DNA of 29,589 nucleotides from Oscillospiraceae bacterium (GTDB lineage Bacteria; Bacillota; Clostridia; Oscillospirales; Oscillospiraceae): NCBI GenBank assembly GCA_031272845.1, contig JAISTA010000067.1, positions 1 to 29,589 of the forward strand, read 5' to 3'. Shown piece by piece: positions 25,411 to 29,589 of this stretch (position 1 is its first letter; each line of letters starts with the position of its first letter). The notes under the pieces were generated by a model. It saw only the letters and a program-made list of their open reading frames with translations, ran no database searches and was not told where the DNA came from. The position numbers and the translations under genes were made by a program.

Positions 25411-25467
25411 AGTTCACACAATATTTACATTTGCATGTGTGAACTACAAACGCGGGTATGCTATACT
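25411..25467 (+). promoter_or_regulatory. Extended -10 promoter with upstream 10-bp inverted repeat (candidate operator)
   Basis: TG-c-TATACT at 25459-67; AGTTCACACA (25411-20) / TGTGTGAACT (25436-45) overlapping the -35 position. Confidence 0.55.
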
Positions 25468-25473
25468 GACTGC

Positions 25474-25801
25474 AAGAGGCAAGGAAAATCGCCACGCCTC
25501 GACAATTGAATAGCGCACCCGCCGGAAAATACAGGAGCTTATATTTGCATTGTGCCATGACCTCAGACAAAGACCTGAGCGAGCGCGAGCGTGCCACGAC
25601 GCAAACCGCAAGGCTTGCAGAGCGCGTCCAGTCAAGGCAGGTCTGAAAATACGTGGTGACAGGTATACGTCCAACTGTGCGTTGATTCGCCTGGGCGGCA
25701 TCACAGGAAGCGGACGAAAGACAAGGTTGCGGGGCGTGCGCGCAAATGTTTGATATTATCTCTCCGCCGGATACGGCGAAAGCCTATGTCCGGCGGAGAG
25801 G
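25474..25801 (+). ncRNA. Candidate structured non-coding RNA of unassigned family, with 3' group II intron domain V-like hairpin
   Basis: Promoter upstream, no credible RBS-led ORF, several complementary segments and two GNRA tetraloops on the + strand (see findings). Confidence 0.45.
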
Positions 25802-25910
25802 TTATGAGAAGCGCTGAGAATTACGTGTAGATATGAACGTTTTTTCACGGCTGTTTCTATTTGCGAAAAAACCCTACAAAAACTTTACACCGAGAAACCT
25901 CCTCCCGCAC

Positions 25911-25950
25911 TTGACATTTGCCCGCGCGCGTAGTATTATAAGCTTATAAT
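25911..25950 (+). promoter_or_regulatory. Sigma-A promoter of the thiolase gene with overlapping 16-bp perfect palindrome
   Basis: TTGACA (25911-16), 17-bp spacer, TATTAT (25934-39); ATTATAAGCTTATAAT (25935-50). Confidence 0.75.
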
Positions 25951-26040
25951 GAATTATAGTGCGGTTTTTGGGACTTATTTTCCGCACCATTCAAAATATA
26001 CTCAATAAAAAACGATACAAATTTCCGGAGGAATCAATTA

Positions 26041-27222
26041 ATGTCAGATATTTTTCTCGTGTCGTGCGTGCGCACGGCAATAGGCTCATTCGGCGGCGCG
26101 CTCAAGGACGTTCCGGCGGCAAAGCTCGGCGAAATTGCGGCTAAAAGCGCAATTGAGCGCGCGGGTATCCCGGCGGACGCAATCGACGAGGTCATCTTCG
26201 GCTGCGTTTTAACGGCGGGTCTCGGCCAGAACGTCGCCCGTCAGGTCTCTGTCGGAGCGGGACTTCCTGTTGAAACGCCGTCCTACACCGTCGGTATGGT
26301 GTGCGGCTCGGGTATGAAAACCGTTATCGAGGGCGCGCGCGCAATCGCGGCGGGAGACGCGCAGGTGGTGCTCTGCGGCGGAACCGAAAATATGTCGGCC
26401 GCTCCCTATACGATTCCTGCGGCACGCTACGGCGCGAGAATGGGCAACGGAAAAATCATCGACACAATGGTCAACGACGGCCTGACGGACGTTTTTGCGG
26501 GCTATCACATGGGTATCACGGCGGAAAACCTTTGCGACAAATACGGCATCACGCGCGAGGAGCTGGACGCGTTTTCCCTGTCGTCACAGCAGAAAACCGC
26601 AGCAGCGCAGAAAGCCGGAAAATTTGACGACGAGATTGTTCCCGTGCCCGTCAAGGTCAAAAAGGAAATCGTGGACTTCAAGACAGACGAGTTCCCGCGC
26701 GAAACAACGGCGGAAGCGCTCGCTAAGCTCAAGCCCGCGTTCAAGCCGGACGGCGGACGCGTCACGGCGGGCAACGCCTCCGGAATCAACGACGGCGCGG
26801 CGGCTATCATCCTTGCGTCAAGCGAAGCTGTTGCAAAGTACAACCTCAAGCCGCTTGCAAAGCTCGTTTCCTGGGGACAGGGCGGCGTTGACCCGGCGAT
26901 TATGGGCGTAGGCCCTGTTCCGGCGACGAAAAACGCGCTTGAAAAAGCCGGACTTACGGTTGCGGAGCTCGACCTGATCGAGGCTAACGAGGCGTTTGCG
27001 GCGCAGTCTATCGCGGTTGCGCGCGACCTTGGGTTTGATATGGCAAAGGTCAACGTAAACGGCGGAGCAATCTCGCTCGGTCACCCTGTCGGAGCCTCCG
27101 GCGCACGCATTATCGTGTCGCTTATTCACGAAATGCAAAAGCGCCCCGAGGTAAAGCGCGGACTTGCCACGCTGTGCATCGGCGGCGGAATGGGCGTCGC
27201 GACAATCTGGGAAAAAGCATAG
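26041..27222 (+). CDS. thlA: Acetyl-CoA C-acetyltransferase (thiolase)
   Basis: RTAIGSFGG, catalytic [32 protein letters not shown] and CIGGGMG; RBS GGAGG. Confidence 0.96.
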   Translation: MSDIFLVSCVRTAIGSFGGALKDVPAAKLGEIAAKSAIERAGIPADAIDEVIFGCVLTAGLGQNVARQVSVGAGLPVETPSYTVGMVCGSGMKTVIEGARAIAAGDAQVVLCGGTENMSAAPYTIPAARYGARMGNGKIIDTMVNDGLTDVFAGYHMGITAENLCDKYGITREELDAFSLSSQQKTAAAQKAGKFDDEIVPVPVKVKKEIVDFKTDEFPRETTAEALAKLKPAFKPDGGRVTAGNASGINDGAAAIILASSEAVAKYNLKPLAKLVSWGQGGVDPAIMGVGPVPATKNALEKAGLTVAELDLIEANEAFAAQSIAVARDLGFDMAKVNVNGGAISLGHPVGASGARIIVSLIHEMQKRPEVKRGLATLCIGGGMGVATIWEKA

Positions 27223-27315
27223 GCTTACCTTTTTGCAGTGCAACGGTAAACACACCGTTGTACTGCCGAAAAGTATTATTATAAACCAGCGGATTTTGCG
27301 CCGAGGATAATTTTT

Positions 27316-28428
27316 ACGTCAAAAGATAAAGCAAAAAACTTCAAAACCTCAATCGGAGGTCAGGCGCTCATTGAGGGCGTTATGATGCGCGGGCCGGAAA
27401 AGCTCGCGATAGCGGTTCGCAACCCCGCCGGGCAGATTATCCTGAAAACGGAGGAGCTGCTTTCGCAAAAAAGCCGCAGTAAAATCCTCAAGTGGCCGTT
27501 TATCCGCGGCGTTGTGAATTTCGGCTCGTCTATGGTCTGCGGCGTAAAGTCGCTGATGTATTCGGCTGAAATTGCTATGCCGGACGAGACGGAGGAAGCA
27601 CTCGCGCCAAATTCCGGCGAAGGAGCGGATATTGCGGCGGCTGACCTTGCGGACACTCCGGAATTTGCCGAAGCGCAGGAAGCCGAAGCACACGCAGAGG
27701 CTATTTTCGCAGAAACGCAAGCCGAAACACCGTCTGCCGCGCCGTCAGAGGAACCAACCGTCAAGGCCGATTCAAAATCGGCGGACGCTGCCGAAAAAAA
27801 GAAGTCCGCGCAGGAAAAGGCCGTTGTCATAGGCTCAGTTGTGCTCGGCACGGGTCTTTCCGTAGTGCTTTTTATGCTGCTGCCGACTGTTATCGCCTCG
27901 CTTTTTTCAGGCCTTACCGAAAGCAGAATTCTGCGCAACCTGATTGAGGGCGTTATCCGCATTGTAATCTTTCTCGGGTACATTTCGCTGACCTCGCTTA
28001 TCTCCGATATGCGGCGCGTCTGGATGTATCACGGCGCGGAGCACAAGACGATTTTCTGCTACGAAAAGGGTCTTCCCCTCACGGTCGATAATTGCCGCGA
28101 AATGCCCCGCTGTCACCCGCGCTGCGGCACAAGCTTTATGTTTATCGTGATGATAATCAGCATACTTGTGTTCTCGGTCGTAAGCTGGAACGGCGTTTTA
28201 CAGAGAATTCTCCTGCGGCTCATTCTGCTGCCTGTTGTTGTTGCGATAAGCTACGAAATCATAAAGCTCGCCGGACGGTATGACAATATATTTACCCGAA
28301 TTGTCTCCGCGCCCGGAAAGGCGCTTCAGCGCCTGACGACGCGCGAGCCGGACGACAGTATGCTTGAGGTCGCAATCGCCGCGCTTGAGGCGGTAAAGCC
28401 TGCGGAGCGGGGGGCGGATCTATGGTGA
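27316..28428 (+). CDS. DUF1385 domain membrane protein (putative metalloprotein); start codon apparently non-canonical (ACG at 27316)
   Basis: The family N-terminal motif KTSIGGQALIEGVMMRG begins upstream of the first ATG (27382); also YHGAEHK and HPRCGTSF. No in-frame ATG/GTG/TTG between TAA 27247 and 27382. Confidence 0.85.
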   Translation, partial: TSKDKAKNFKTSIGGQALIEGVMMRGPEKLAIAVRNPAGQIILKTEELLSQKSRSKILKWPFIRGVVNFGSSMVCGVKSLMYSAEIAMPDETEEALAPNSGEGADIAAADLADTPEFAEAQEAEAHAEAIFAETQAETPSAAPSEEPTVKADSKSADAAEKKKSAQEKAVVIGSVVLGTGLSVVLFMLLPTVIASLFSGLTESRILRNLIEGVIRIVIFLGYISLTSLISDMRRVWMYHGAEHKTIFCYEKGLPLTVDNCREMPRCHPRCGTSFMFIVMIISILVFSVVSWNGVLQRILLRLILLPVVVAISYEIIKLAGRYDNIFTRIVSAPGKALQRLTTREPDDSMLEVAIAALEAVKPAERGADLW

Positions 28429-29405
28429 GCCGAAAATCAGGGAATATATCGTCTATTATGAAAAAATTCACGTCTCTGTTTGTTGCGGTGTTTGTTTTTT
28501 CGGCGATTTTTGTCACGGCAAGCGCGGATTCCGGACCGAAACCGTCAATAACCGTCAAGGCGCAAAACCTGCCCAAGGGCGAGGTTTATATGGACTTGCT
28601 GGTGTATGCGCTGGACTACGACGAATATGTCTCTAACGGCGACGACTGGACGTTTAGCGGCGTTACGCGGCAGTACAAAGAAGGCAAATACAACGGCGAA
28701 ATGTTCCGGCTGCTGAGTGATTACGCTATTGACGATTGGCGCGCGGCGCTCGCATCAGGCGCAAGGAGACTGCTCAGCGGCGATATCGTCTGTGATGTTT
28801 CCTATGACGGCTTTGCCAAAATGGAATACGGTTATATGGATGTACCGGACGTGTTCCCAATAATCGTCGTAACAGAAAGCGGAGAGGTGCGCGTCTCGAA
28901 CACGGTTACAAAAAAAGCATTTCAGGCGATTGTTTCGTTTGACTACGCAAAAGCCGTCAGTCCCGAAGAGCTTTCGGCAAGCGAAACCGATTCTTACACT
29001 CCGGAGCTGCCGATAAGCGCGGCGGAATCCGGTCAATTCGGATACTATTTCAGGACATATTCGCTTCAATTTTTAGAGACCTGCGGCCTCACGCTCATAA
29101 TTGAAGGCATACTGCTGGCGCTGTTCAAGCTCGGCTCAAAGCGCAACTTGACTGTGTTTTTAGTTACCAATGTCGCAACTCAGCTTCTGCTTACGCTGAT
29201 TATCGCTTTTTGCGCTTTTTCCGCAGGCATTGGGGGCTTGGGCTATATTTATTTGCTGTTCTTTGCCGAGCTTATTATTTTCACCGTTGAAACGTTGATT
29301 TATGCTTCTCTGCTGAGGAGCGAGACTGTCAAACGGCGCGTACTGTACGCAATTATTGCAAACGCCGCGAGCTGCGCCCTCGGCTTTGCCGTACTTATAA
29401 GGTAG
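28422..29405 (+). CDS. Hypothetical membrane protein with signal peptide and ~4 C-terminal TM helices
   Basis: Signal peptide MKKFTSLFVAVFVFSAIFVTASA-DSGPKP (alternative start ATG 28458) and hydrophobic C-terminal third. Confidence 0.75.
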   Translation: MVSRKSGNISSIMKKFTSLFVAVFVFSAIFVTASADSGPKPSITVKAQNLPKGEVYMDLLVYALDYDEYVSNGDDWTFSGVTRQYKEGKYNGEMFRLLSDYAIDDWRAALASGARRLLSGDIVCDVSYDGFAKMEYGYMDVPDVFPIIVVTESGEVRVSNTVTKKAFQAIVSFDYAKAVSPEELSASETDSYTPELPISAAESGQFGYYFRTYSLQFLETCGLTLIIEGILLALFKLGSKRNLTVFLVTNVATQLLLTLIIAFCAFSAGIGGLGYIYLLFFAELIIFTVETLIYASLLRSETVKRRVLYAIIANAASCALGFAVLIR

Positions 29406-29589
29406 CGCGCTCTTGACTCTTTTTGAAGTCTACCGCTCTGTTATATCGCAATTACGCGCGGCCGGGATTGACGCATGTGAGACAGAAGCGCGGATAATCT
29501 GCTCGCATTTTTCGGGGCTTTCACCCGAAAGGCTCCTGCTGCTCCGAAACGGCGAGGCTGAGACTGCCGTGGCAAACAGTATTGCGGAG

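Noticed and set aside
25548-25708. 6S RNA assignment (3' GCCTGGGCGGCATC resembles the end of E. coli 6S)
   Set aside because: The best rod I could build has a very asymmetric bubble (about 4 versus 46 nt) and leaves the long-range outer stem unexplained. Not excluded without cmscan, but not supportable by eye.
25444-25753. Short ORFs across the candidate RNA region (25444-25704 minus, 25550-25753 plus, 25367-25597 minus)
   Set aside because: No RBS, Arg-rich random-like composition, and mutually overlapping.
29406-29589. Minus-strand GGGTGAAAGCCC hairpin (group II domain I-like) and an open minus frame at the window end
   Set aside because: Isolated short motif with no GTGYG 5' end nearby; the open frame is short, truncated and without recognisable motifs.

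Overview
Positions ~1-25,350 are a large part of a conjugative element (ICE or integrated conjugative plasmid). Gene content points to a GC-rich Clostridia-type Firmicute (inference). All credible genes are on the + strand. Left to right: (1) a SpaA/Cna-B-type sortase-anchored adhesin, 5'-truncated; (2) an accessory block (1.4-10.2 kb) encoding an ArdC-like protein, a TTRAP-like protein, a polytopic membrane protein, a ComEC-like MBL hydrolase, a hypothetical/GNAT/HEPN-like trio, two tandem Fic proteins and a DUF3991-Toprim protein; (3) a hairpin-dense candidate oriT; (4) mobC, MOBP relaxase, PcfB-like, a second degenerate ArdC-like gene and virD4; (5) T4SS genes (VirB2-like pilin, VirB6-like, PrgI, VirB4); (6) a membrane-anchored DUF1810 fusion, a class B sortase, a RepA_N initiator with internal iterons, and a CHAP hydrolase. 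No integrase, tRNA, rRNA or CRISPR array is visible, and the element boundaries cannot be fixed. After a stop-interrupted ORF and terminator, the right end looks chromosomal: a promoter-driven ~330 nt structured non-coding region ending in a group II intron domain V-like hairpin, a thiolase, a DUF1385 gene that apparently lacks a canonical start codon, and a membrane protein. The most interesting observations are the repeated hairpin or half-hairpin units bracketing accessory genes upstream of the candidate oriT, the tandem Fic proteins sharing a C-terminal tail that may be a T4SS export signal, the GNAT plus degenerate-HEPN operon, and the unassigned structured RNA. All family assignments come from motif recognition by eye; no database searches were run.
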